DNA of 27,090 bases, from the NCBI GenBank assembly GCA_964651025.1, contig CAZYXF010000001.1, positions 1 to 27,090 on the forward strand, written 5' to 3'. The notes under the pieces were generated by a model, which had not been told where the DNA came from, did not search any database, and was given only the letters and a program-made list of their open reading frames with translations. Source of the DNA: an uncultured archaeon. Its GTDB lineage: Archaea > Aenigmatarchaeota > Aenigmatarchaeia > GW2011-AR5 > JAHLMP01. The position numbers and the translations under genes were made by a program. Shown one piece after another: positions 18,901 through 27,090 of this stretch (positions within the stretch are counted from its first letter, which is position 1; every line of letters begins with the position of its first letter).

Positions 18901-18928
18901 TTTAATGGTTTGCGCCCTGATTATTAAG
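18901..18928. promoter_or_regulatory. 28-bp back-to-back (bidirectional) promoter
   Basis: TTTAAT is 23-28 nt upstream of the rps10 ATG. TTAATAA on the minus strand is 21-27 nt upstream of the pilin-like ATG. Confidence 0.55.
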
Positions 18929-19252
18929 ATGCAGCGCGCGAGGATAAAGCTGTGGGGGCGAGATCCAAAGCAGATAGACGAGTTAGCGAGGGAAATAAGG
19001 AAAATAGCAGAAAAGGTTGGCGTTGCTGTTCGCGGCCCAATTCCATTGCCAACTAAGCGATTGCGAATAACTTGCATTCGCACCCCATGTGGAGATGGCA
19101 TGCATCGCGGTGGTCCAACGAACTGGGATCATTGGGAGCTTAGAATCCACAAGCGCATAATAGACGTCGCAGCAAACCCTCGAGTACTGAAACAGATAAC
19201 TCGCTTGCCGATTCCTCAAGGGGTTAAAATGGAGATTGAGCTAACGGATTAG
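18929..19252 (+). CDS. rps10: 30S ribosomal protein uS10
   Basis: ARIKLWG, VRGPIPLPTKRL, RTPCGDG, WDHWELRIHKRIIDV; 107 aa from ATG 18929. Confidence 0.96.
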   Translation: MQRARIKLWGRDPKQIDELAREIRKIAEKVGVAVRGPIPLPTKRLRITCIRTPCGDGMHRGGPTNWDHWELRIHKRIIDVAANPRVLKQITRLPIPQGVKMEIELTD

Positions 19253-20529
19253 AAAGGTTTGGTTATGCTTACTTCTCTAACAAGCGCATATGGAACTATG
19301 CTCGGCGTTTCGACTTCCCACCACTTCACCTTGCAGCGCTCCTTTGAGAGCGCCTCTATGCCCTTCAAAAGCCTCGGAAAGCTAGCGGTGATTCTTAAGT
19401 TTTTGACCAATCCCTTCACTTCGCCATTTTCAAATAAAATCGCAACGTCTCTTGGCAAGGTTGAAAACTCTCCAGTTCTGTAGTTGGTGAACCTCGTGTA
19501 CCAAACGTTGTTTATGAAGATTAGCCTTCTTGAGCTCTCAAGCATGGAAGCAAGTCTTTCGTTTCCGCCAGCAACGCTTATTAGCCATGCTCTCGGGACG
19601 AGCAAGCCAGCATTGCTCGTGCTGCTTGCGTTCAGCTCAATTGCTGTCGAGGTGTTGTGCAAATAGTTTTTTAGGACCCCGTTTTCTATTATCCTCGTCC
19701 TTTGCGTTCTCCTTCCTTCTTCGTCAAACGCTGCTATTGCACTTCCGAGATCGTGAAGCGTGAATCGAGAGCTCGCAACTCTTTTCCCAAGCTTTCCACA
19801 TAGAAACGACTCTCCTAAGAGGACGTAGAAAGCTGAGGCAGCGCAAGCTAAGTGCTCACACAAGTTCGCGAATGCCATTGGATGAAAAAGAACGTCGTAT
19901 TTTCCAGCCTTGAGTTTTGCTAGCTTTGCTCCTTTAGCTAGTTCAAGCAGCCTGCTAACCTCGCTTATAGCTCTCTCCACCTTCAAATCCCCTTGGGAAA
20001 ACGCAAAGGTCGAGGCATGTGCAGAGGTTTCGTCGCTAATAACGCGAAGTGAGAAGTCCAAAAAGCTTCTCGACTCGCTAGCTCTCGCTCCGCTACTTGT
20101 CAAAAGCTCGCGCTCATAGCTCGCGAAGTTGAGCACGCCAGCGAATTCCGCTTCTATCTCACTCCTAACTCTCTCGACGGCTTCAATTGGGTTGAAGAAA
20201 TCGAGTGATTTGTCCCTTTTGTCATAGCTTCCCCTTGCTAGTCTATCGCTAGCTATCCCATGGTAATCCTTTTTTTCCCTCGCGACTCTTAGCAACTTCA
20301 GGGCGTTTTTTACGAACTCCTTCACTTTGTTCTCCCTTAGATCTTGGGTTGAAAGGCAAACCACCTTTTTCCCTTTTGCCAGGAATAGGGTTAGGCTCTC
20401 TTCTCTCCATCTTTTCTCTATCGTTGGTTGTGAGTTCGCGAACTTAAGCTGGTGATCATCGCTTCTCACAATCTCGATAACAAAATCATCAACCTTTGCT
20501 TCTATCTTTCTCGCTATCGTTTCTATCAT
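19249..20529 (-). CDS. tldE: TldE/PmbA family protein
   Basis: Start ATG 20529 overlaps the tldD TGA (426 aa). LKFANSQ, FDEEG, IIENGVLKNYLHN, VWYTRF, ENGEV. No HExxxH. Confidence 0.88.
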   Translation of the reverse strand: MIETIARKIEAKVDDFVIEIVRSDDHQLKFANSQPTIEKRWREESLTLFLAKGKKVVCLSTQDLRENKVKEFVKNALKLLRVAREKKDYHGIASDRLARGSYDKRDKSLDFFNPIEAVERVRSEIEAEFAGVLNFASYERELLTSSGARASESRSFLDFSLRVISDETSAHASTFAFSQGDLKVERAISEVSRLLELAKGAKLAKLKAGKYDVLFHPMAFANLCEHLACAASAFYVLLGESFLCGKLGKRVASSRFTLHDLGSAIAAFDEEGRRTQRTRIIENGVLKNYLHNTSTAIELNASSTSNAGLLVPRAWLISVAGGNERLASMLESSRRLIFINNVWYTRFTNYRTGEFSTLPRDVAILFENGEVKGLVKNLRITASFPRLLKGIEALSKERCKVKWWEVETPSIVPYALVREVSITKPF

Positions 20530-21929
20530 CTCACCACCACGTTGCGAAGCCTTATATACGGACCGCCCATGAAAACCGGGATTCCCTGCATTGGTTCGCC
20601 CTTTCCACAAGTCCCTGCGACGAATTGCAAGTCGCGAGAGCAGGCGTCGATAGAAGAGAGAAAGGTAAAGGTTGTTAGCTCTATAACTGGGCGCCTCACA
20701 AGACCCTTTATCTCGCCGTTCTCTATCAAATAAGCCTCGCATCCAACGTACTTTTGGTTAACCCTCTTATCATCTATGTTCCACTCAGTAAAGGAGTTTA
20801 TGAAGATCCCTCGCTTTACATCTTCGATTAGCTCGTCAAAGGTGTAGCTTCCTGGCAAGATGAAGGTGTTCGCCATCCTTACTATCGGCTCTCTCGCATA
20901 GCTGCTAGCCCTAGCTGCTGCATTGCTCTTTGTGTTGAAAGCGAAAGCTGTCTCCCTATTTTGAAGGAACTCTTTAACTACGCCGCGCTCTATTAGCATC
21001 CTTCTCCTAGCTTTCACACCTTCGTCATCATAGAGATAAAAGCCATAGCTCCCTTTTATCGTTGGGTCATCGACAACGCTGACTTCAACGCTTCCAATTC
21101 TCTTGCCAAGCAGTTCAACGCTTGCATAGCTCTTCCCAGCTTGTGCTGCCTCTCTTCCAAGTATCCTGTCAGCCTCAAATGGGTGACCAACGCATTCGTG
21201 TACAATTATGCCAACAAGCTCTGGAGAAAGGATCACATCATACTTTCCGGCTTTTGCTTTTTTGGCGTGAAGCGTGCTTTGCAGCAAGGTCGCTTCCCTT
21301 GCTATTTTCTCGCTTGCGTTCCATCGCTTCACCCATCTAAAACCGCCGCTGCAACCGAGATAAAAATACCTTTGCTCGCATTTCCCAGCGAACTTAGCTA
21401 AAAGATTGTAAAAGAGGTGATACCTCTCGACTTCGCTTCTAATCTCACTTCCCTCTGAGTTAACGAAGAGCTTCTCCTGTTTGGTGTGGGTTAGCTCAAG
21501 GAATCGCATCGCAAGCTTCACTTCCTTAAGGTTCCCATCTATTCCCTTTAGGAAATCCATTAGCTCATCTATCGTAAGCTCTTTTCCAACTGCTCGCCAC
21601 CTTGCCTTTTTTGATTTCTCTTCACTCAGCTCAATCCTCTCCTTTCTCTTCTCCCCTATCAATCTAGCTCTTTGAACGGCGCGCTTCACCAAGCTCTTTA
21701 TCTCGCTTCTCGCAAGCTTTGTCGTCGAAGCAAATGCCTCGCCTCCATTTGCGATTACTCTTATCCCAATTCCGATGCTAGAGCTTTGAAGTGGAAGTTC
21801 CCAATCTCCGTTTTTCATGGCAACTTGCTCTGTTTCGCAAGCTTCCACCCTTGCATCCGCATAAGACGCTCCCAGCTTAACAGCAAACTCAACAGCGAGG
21901 TTTGCTAAATCAATTGCATGGCTTTCCAT
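20526..21929 (-). CDS. tldD: TldD family zinc metalloprotease
   Basis: YADAR, GIGIRV, HECVGHPFEADR (HExxxH), YDDEG, RMANT, CGKGEPMQ. Confidence 0.93.
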   Translation of the reverse strand: MESHAIDLANLAVEFAVKLGASYADARVEACETEQVAMKNGDWELPLQSSSIGIGIRVIANGGEAFASTTKLARSEIKSLVKRAVQRARLIGEKRKERIELSEEKSKKARWRAVGKELTIDELMDFLKGIDGNLKEVKLAMRFLELTHTKQEKLFVNSEGSEIRSEVERYHLFYNLLAKFAGKCEQRYFYLGCSGGFRWVKRWNASEKIAREATLLQSTLHAKKAKAGKYDVILSPELVGIIVHECVGHPFEADRILGREAAQAGKSYASVELLGKRIGSVEVSVVDDPTIKGSYGFYLYDDEGVKARRRMLIERGVVKEFLQNRETAFAFNTKSNAAARASSYAREPIVRMANTFILPGSYTFDELIEDVKRGIFINSFTEWNIDDKRVNQKYVGCEAYLIENGEIKGLVRRPVIELTTFTFLSSIDACSRDLQFVAGTCGKGEPMQGIPVFMGGPYIRLRNVVVR

Positions 21930-21983
21930 TCAAAGAGATAGCAACATTTCTAAAAGCTTTTTCGGAAGGTGAAAAGAAATAAG

Positions 21984-22481
21984 ATGAAAAGGGATAAACT
22001 AGCTTTGCTTGAAGCAGCACTTTTCACGACAGAGAGGCCGCTCACGAAGCGAGAGCTGGCGAGGTTCTTGAGGGTTAGCGAGAAGGAAGTTGAGAGACTG
22101 ATAGATGAGCTCAAACGCAGATATAAGAGCGAGGAGCATGGGATAGAGGTCGTTGAGCTAAATGGATATAAGTTGAGCGTAAAGCCGCAATTCGCTGGCT
22201 TGGTAGCTAGGTTCGCAAAGCGGAGTGAGCTCTCTCGCGGCTTGTTGAGAGCCTTATCTATAATAGCGCACTATGAGCCGATGAAGCAAAGCGATTTGGT
22301 TCGCGCGATAGGGAATCGAGCCTATCAGTACGTTCGCGAGCTTGAAAGGCTTGGATTTATAAGGAGTGAGAAGTATTCAAGAACGAAGCTGTTAAAAACA
22401 ACGAGGTATTTCAAGCAATACTTTGGAATAAAAAGCAAGTCCGATTTAAAGAAAGTCGGGGCGAGAAATCATGAAGTATGA
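21984..22481 (+). CDS. scpB: Segregation and condensation protein B
   Basis: LEAALF, ELSRGLLRALSIIAHYEPMKQSDLV, T..F.QYFG. Start is ATG 21984 or GTG 21969. Confidence 0.9.
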   Translation: MKRDKLALLEAALFTTERPLTKRELARFLRVSEKEVERLIDELKRRYKSEEHGIEVVELNGYKLSVKPQFAGLVARFAKRSELSRGLLRALSIIAHYEPMKQSDLVRAIGNRAYQYVRELERLGFIRSEKYSRTKLLKTTRYFKQYFGIKSKSDLKKVGARNHEV

Positions 22482-23721
22482 GCTGACAGCGGAGGGAAAG
22501 AGATACGCAGAGCTTGGATTGCCAGAAATTAGGCTTCTCGCGATTTTAAAGGAGCTTGGAGGAGAGGCAAAGCTAAGTGAGATAGGAAAAAAGCTAAAAG
22601 AAATGCCAATTGCTCTCTCTTGGGCGAAGAGAAATGGCTGGATAGAAATAAAGGGAGATCGCGTTTTTTTGCTTAAAGCTCCGGAAAAATACGAGCTGCA
22701 AGAAGCTTTAGAGCTGTTTGCTAGGGGTAAGGAAATAAAGGAAAAATTCTTGCGGATTCTGATCTCAAGGAAGCTTGTTAGAAAAACCGTGAGAGTTGAG
22801 ATTCCAAAAGAGATAACAAGGCTCACGAGCGATTTGATAAAAGCTAGAGCTTGGGAGAAAGCGAGGCTTCGGGCTTATAACGTGGAAATAGTAGGAAAGA
22901 AAACTTTCATAGGAAAAAAGCATCCTTATCGAGTTGTCATAGATTACGTTCGCGACGTTTTAGTTTCGCTTGGCTTCGTTGAAGCTCGAGGCCCACTTGT
23001 CGAGCTGAACTTCTGGAACTGCGACGCTCTCTTCATGCCCCAAGATCACCCTGCTCGTGGAATACACGACATGTTCTTCCTGAAGAAGCCAAGATATGGG
23101 GAAATAAAAGAAAAGGAAATTCTCTCAAACGTGAAGCAAACGCATGAAAATGGTTGGATAACAGGCTCAAGGGGTTGGAGATATGAGTTCGATGAAAGAG
23201 AAGCGAAAAGGCTCATACTGCGAAGTCAAACAACAGCGGTCTCTGCAAGAGTTCTCGCAAAGTTAAAGGAGGGTGAGCTTCCAGCCAAATTCTTTTGCAT
23301 AGATCGCAACTTTCGGCCAGATGTGATAGACGCGAAGCACTTCATAGAGTTTTATCAATGCGAGGGCATTGTTGTCGCGAAAGAAGTGACTTTTCGCGAT
23401 TTGCTCGGCTATTTGAAAGAGCTAGCAAAAGCGCTTGGGTTTGAAAAAGTGAAATTCAAACCAGGTTATTTCCCATTCACAGAGCCGAGTGTCGAAGGCT
23501 TTACTTACATTCGCGGTTTGGGCTGGGTGGAGACGCTTCCAGCAGGTATCTTGAGACCAGAAGTTACGATACCACTTGGAATTCGCTATCCAGTTTTGGC
23601 ATGGGGGCTTGGCTTAGATAGGCTTGCGATGAAAATGCTAGAGATAAACGACATTCGCTACATCTTCTGTCGCGACTTGAAATGGCTTCGCGAAAAGGTT
23701 GTGATACCATGCCTACGATAA
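22471..23721 (+). CDS. pheS: Phenylalanyl-tRNA synthetase alpha subunit (N-terminally shortened)
   Basis: WNCDALFMPQDHPAR, RSQTT, FRPD, EFYQCEG, YFPFTEPS, GLGLDRL. Confidence 0.95.
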   Translation: MKYELTAEGKRYAELGLPEIRLLAILKELGGEAKLSEIGKKLKEMPIALSWAKRNGWIEIKGDRVFLLKAPEKYELQEALELFARGKEIKEKFLRILISRKLVRKTVRVEIPKEITRLTSDLIKARAWEKARLRAYNVEIVGKKTFIGKKHPYRVVIDYVRDVLVSLGFVEARGPLVELNFWNCDALFMPQDHPARGIHDMFFLKKPRYGEIKEKEILSNVKQTHENGWITGSRGWRYEFDEREAKRLILRSQTTAVSARVLAKLKEGELPAKFFCIDRNFRPDVIDAKHFIEFYQCEGIVVAKEVTFRDLLGYLKELAKALGFEKVKFKPGYFPFTEPSVEGFTYIRGLGWVETLPAGILRPEVTIPLGIRYPVLAWGLGLDRLAMKMLEINDIRYIFCRDLKWLREKVVIPCLR

Positions 23722-25358
23722 CGATGGATAAGCAAGCCTTGCTCTCGCTCATAGGAGTGAAGCTCAGCGACGACAAGCTCGTTGAACTCATAAACTCGCT
23801 AAAACCAGAGGTTGAAGAAATAACGGAAAACGAGATAACAATCGAGTTCACTCCTGATAGGCCGGACATGTTCTCGTTAGAAGGGTTGGCAAGAGCGATT
23901 AGACTGGCCCTTGGTCTGGAAAGGCCGAGGAAAATTAGAGCGAGAAACGCGAGGCTGAGCGTGAAAGTAGAAAAAGTTCGCGCTCGCCCATTTGTTGCCT
24001 GCGCGATAATAAGAGGAGCGAAGCTCAACGAGGCTACGATAAAGAACCTGATGAACTTCCAAGAAGCTCTTCACCAGACAATCGGAAGGAATAGGAGGAA
24101 GGTTGCAATTGGCTTGCACGACCTCGACAAGATAAAGCCACCGATAAAGTATTGTGAAGTATCGCCAGAAACAAAGCTAATTCCTCTTGGCTGGGAAAGC
24201 GAGGCGACGATGAAAGAAATACTGCAAAGGCATGAGAAGGGAGTTGAGTTCGCGCATTTGTTAAGGGATGTGAAAGGCTATCCAGCATTCGTCGATGAGC
24301 TTGGTGTCTTCAGCTTTCCTCCCATAATAAACTCAAAGCGCACGATGGTAACGGAGAAGACGAGGAACTTCTTCCTTGACATGACAGCAACAGATGAAAC
24401 AGCACTCGACCAAGCCATGCGGGTTTTCGTAGCCAATCTCGCCTGGAGGGGGTGGAGAATAGAGAAAGTGATTTTGATAAAAGATAAGGCTCGCTACGAA
24501 ACCCCAAACTTATCGGAAAGGAAAATCGAGATAAACGCGAGCTATGTCAACCGATTGCTCGGCCTTAACTTGAAAAGAGAAGAAATAGAAAGCTTGCTGA
24601 AAAAGGCTGGCTATAGAGTTCTTGGAAAAAAGAAGGCGAGCTTAAAACTCGCAGTTCCTCCTTATAGAGTTGATGTCCTCCATCCAGTTGATGTCGTGGA
24701 AGATGTGGCGATAATTTACGGGTATAGCAACTTTGAGCCGAGGTTGCCAAATATAACAACGATTGGAAAAATCAGCGATTTCTCAAAGTTCCTCGACGTG
24801 ATTCGCGAGCTCTGCATTGGCGCAGGTCTAGTTGAGGTCATGCTTCCAGTATTAGCTGCGAGTGAGAAGCAAAGGTTCTTTTGCGAAGGTGAAAAGCTCG
24901 TCATGCTCGAAAACCCTGTTTCAAGAGCTTATGATACAATGCGCTGTTCTTTGCTACCTGGTTTGCTCGACTTTCTCGCGGCTAACAAGCACGAGGACAT
25001 GCCGCAAAGGATTTTTGAAATCGGTAGAGTTGTTGAAATCGATGAAAAGAGCGAGAATAAAACGAGGGAAACTTGGATGTTGGCCTGCGTTATCACGGAT
25101 TACGAGATAGGTTATGAAGCTATAGCAAGCGTTTTAGACGCGATACTTCGCGACCTTGTTGATTACAAGCTGAAAAGAGGCGAGCACAAGTGCTTCATAA
25201 AGGGAAGGGTAGCCAGCGTTCTTGTGAGTAAAGAGGAGATAGGTAAAGTCGGTGAGATACATCCAGGTGTTCTGCTCGCTTTCAAGTTGGAATCGCCAGT
25301 AGTGGCTTTTGAAATTAACTTGACAAAACTTTTTAGGATTTTACGGGCCTCCACTTAA
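23709..25358 (+). CDS. pheT: Phenylalanyl-tRNA synthetase beta subunit (archaeal type)
   Basis: MPTI start, TPDRPDM, GRNRRKVAIGLHDLD, PPIINS, PPYRVDVLHPVDVVEDVAI, GEIHP. Confidence 0.95.
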   Translation: MPTITMDKQALLSLIGVKLSDDKLVELINSLKPEVEEITENEITIEFTPDRPDMFSLEGLARAIRLALGLERPRKIRARNARLSVKVEKVRARPFVACAIIRGAKLNEATIKNLMNFQEALHQTIGRNRRKVAIGLHDLDKIKPPIKYCEVSPETKLIPLGWESEATMKEILQRHEKGVEFAHLLRDVKGYPAFVDELGVFSFPPIINSKRTMVTEKTRNFFLDMTATDETALDQAMRVFVANLAWRGWRIEKVILIKDKARYETPNLSERKIEINASYVNRLLGLNLKREEIESLLKKAGYRVLGKKKASLKLAVPPYRVDVLHPVDVVEDVAIIYGYSNFEPRLPNITTIGKISDFSKFLDVIRELCIGAGLVEVMLPVLAASEKQRFFCEGEKLVMLENPVSRAYDTMRCSLLPGLLDFLAANKHEDMPQRIFEIGRVVEIDEKSENKTRETWMLACVITDYEIGYEAIASVLDAILRDLVDYKLKRGEHKCFIKGRVASVLVSKEEIGKVGEIHPGVLLAFKLESPVVAFEINLTKLFRILRAST

Positions 25359-25428
25359 CTGGTCTTAGATCACGCTCGCTCTCCTCTTCTATGAGCAATC
25401 GCTTTTTCTTCCGCTTCTTTCGCTTCAT
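25333..25428 (-). CDS. Putative 31-aa basic peptide translationally coupled to minD
   Basis: MKRKKRKKKRLLIEEESERDLRPVKWRPVKS*. ATG overlaps the minD TGA (ATGA). Overlaps the pheT 3' end by 26 nt. Confidence 0.4.
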   Translation of the reverse strand: MKRKKRKKKRLLIEEESERDLRPVKWRPVKS

Positions 25429-26183
25429 CTCAGGAACGGAAATATTCGCTTGTACCATGGTATCCTCTCTTCATATCTTGCTCCTATCAGTCGAGCTGCT
25501 ATTTGCTTTATCGCAACGCTTGCTCTTGCTCTCGGATCGTAGACAACGACTGGAACGCGAAGCGCAATGGCTTTTTTGACTGTTTCGTCCTCTGGTATCT
25601 CGCCGAGGATTTCCATGTCTATTAGCTCGCCTATCTCTCTAGCCGAGAGTTCAAAGCTCTTCCTCGTAACCCTGTTCAAAACACAACCAGTTACCTTAAC
25701 GCCAAGTTGCTCTGCCATCTTGCTCGCCTTTAACGCGTCGAGAACAGCTGGAAGCTCTGGATTAGTTACGAATACAGCTTCATCGCTCGCTTCTATAGCA
25801 GCCAATGCCTCTCTTCCAAGACCAGCTGCAGCATCTATCAAAACAATTTCCTCCTTTCCAACGAGCTCTAAAAGAGCTGGAGCGAAGTCGCGAGCGTCGA
25901 CGTTTCTGAGGTCGTTTATCGATATGCCAGCCGGTATAACTCGCAAGCCTGTGTCGTGTTCATATATGGCTTCCAAAAGCGTAGCCTTGCCTTTCAAGAC
26001 GTCGTGAATCGTCTTCGGGAAGAATGACATTCCAAGATGCAGTGCCAAATTTGGCGTCGTTAAGTTGCCATCGACAACCGTAACGCTCTTCCCCATTTCA
26101 ACCAGCGCTACACCTAAATTCGCGACGAGAAATGTCTTGCCAACTCCGCCCTTTCCTGAAAGGAAAGCTATGACACGTGTCAT
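25425..26183 (-). CDS. minD: Archaeal MinD/ParA-family ATPase
   Basis: GKGGVGKT, VVDGNLTTPNL, LIDAAAGLGREA, VTNPE, C-terminal amphipathic WYKRIFPFLR. Confidence 0.92.
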   Translation of the reverse strand: MTRVIAFLSGKGGVGKTFLVANLGVALVEMGKSVTVVDGNLTTPNLALHLGMSFFPKTIHDVLKGKATLLEAIYEHDTGLRVIPAGISINDLRNVDARDFAPALLELVGKEEIVLIDAAAGLGREALAAIEASDEAVFVTNPELPAVLDALKASKMAEQLGVKVTGCVLNRVTRKSFELSAREIGELIDMEILGEIPEDETVKKAIALRVPVVVYDPRARASVAIKQIAARLIGARYEERIPWYKRIFPFLR

Positions 26184-26216
26184 GAAATGAAGTGTTAAAA
26201 GAGCTTAAATAGAGGT

Positions 26217-26978
26217 TCATAATAACACGAGTTGCCGTTTCTGTTTGTCAATTATCCCTAACTTATCGTTGAAATTGATAAGCGCCTGACTGTTGCAAAC
26301 CCTTAACAACTCGTCTATGCAGCTCGCGTGAAATTCCTCATCCGTGTCTATGAACTTAAGAACGTCTATACAAGTAACCACATCAGCACAGTTGTCTCTA
26401 AACGGCAAATGAGGTAAAGCAGCTTGGATTATTTCAACATTGCAATTCTCGCCGTGCTTTTCTTTCCACGTTTTTAATTCTTCAATGACAGGCGTTTGTG
26501 GTTCGACGAGAACGAACAAAGTATTACGCTCGGAAGCCCTTTTTACAAGGGGTAGCATGCCAATTTCACCTTCACTTTTCCATTCGTCGCTACTTGGCCT
26601 CTGATATCCACCATAACCTGTTCCGACATCTATCATGACGTTGGGTCTCTTATATTCCACAAACTGCTCTATCATCTTCCAAATCCGCGTAGAATGAGAA
26701 GCCGGGTTTGGATTTAGTGTGAAGATTAGGTTATCATCTTCTTCGAGAATGAAGTATTGCCTAGGATTTTCCTCTGTTGTGTAAATTATCGAGGGATCGT
26801 TGTCTGTAATGGGTCTTAACACAATGACCTCCTCTTTACCACGCCTGTAAATTGCTAACTCAACGTTTTCACCTCCAAATCTATCTCGATACTTGTTTGC
26901 GTCTTCTTCTGATATAACGCTCTCCTTTATTAGCCTCTCTAACGAGCCTCTGAAAGCTATCGTTACCTTATATGTCAT
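26217..26978 (-). CDS. Class I SAM-dependent methyltransferase with unrecognised N-terminal domain
   Basis: Start moved to ATG 26978 because the ORF-track start lies inside the tRNA; 253 aa. IDVGTGYG (motif I), VLVEP, LPHLPFRDNCADVVTCIDVLKFI. Confidence 0.75.
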   Translation of the reverse strand: MTYKVTIAFRGSLERLIKESVISEEDANKYRDRFGGENVELAIYRRGKEEVIVLRPITDNDPSIIYTTEENPRQYFILEEDDNLIFTLNPNPASHSTRIWKMIEQFVEYKRPNVMIDVGTGYGGYQRPSSDEWKSEGEIGMLPLVKRASERNTLFVLVEPQTPVIEELKTWKEKHGENCNVEIIQAALPHLPFRDNCADVVTCIDVLKFIDTDEEFHASCIDELLRVCNSQALINFNDKLGIIDKQKRQLVLL

Positions 26979-27037
26979 ATCTATTTGGTAGTTACAAAAA
27001 TAAAAAAGGTTATCATTTTTGCTTCTCGAAAAATCAG

Positions 27038-27090
27038 TGCCCCCGGGAGGATTCGAACCCCCGACCACCTGGTTAGAAGCCAGGCGCTCT
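27038..27090 (-). tRNA. tRNA-Arg(TCT), 3' part (5' end beyond the window)
   Basis: Anticodon arm CCTGG-CTTCTAA-CCAGG, T arm GGGGG-TTCGAAT-CCTCC, acceptor 3' strand CGGGGGC then A73. Confidence 0.92.

Noticed and set aside
18901-19101. ORF-track N-terminal extensions (here the 501-aa call; also 20530-20742, 26979-27068, 9873-9971)
   Set aside because: They run antisense to rps10, inside tldD, inside tRNA-Arg or inside eif2b. Downstream ATGs with coupling or signal peptides fit better.

Overview
This is a gene-dense window from a streamlined archaeal chromosome. Start and stop codons often overlap (ATGA/TAATG) and intergenic gaps are very short. A DPANN-like, probably thermophilic owner is my inference from the compact proteins and the K/E/R-rich proteome, not something the sequence proves. 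Most genes are for translation and RNA metabolism: SepRS, TrpRS, ProRS, PheRS alpha/beta, Taw1, RNase P Rpp30/Pop5, aIF2-beta, uS2, uS10, RpoK, DnaG and four intron-less tRNAs (Cys, Ser, Pro, partial Arg). The window also has Lhr helicase with its metallophosphoesterase, TldD/TldE, ScpB, MinD, a minimal enolase, a GT2, a DUF72 protein and two class III signal peptide proteins. Main points missed by the ORF track: (1) a tRNA-Cys / sepS / pscS unit for tRNA-dependent cysteine synthesis, with the SepCysS N-terminus at the left edge; (2) three 31-32 aa small ORFs, namely a protamine-like poly-Lys peptide with its own promoter and terminator, a single-TM peptide, and a basic peptide coupled to minD; (3) a perfect 16-bp inverted repeat that could form a structured leader for dnaG; (4) 27-28 bp near-symmetric back-to-back promoters. 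I found no CRISPR array, transposase or integrase. All calls come from motif recognition by eye; no searches were run.
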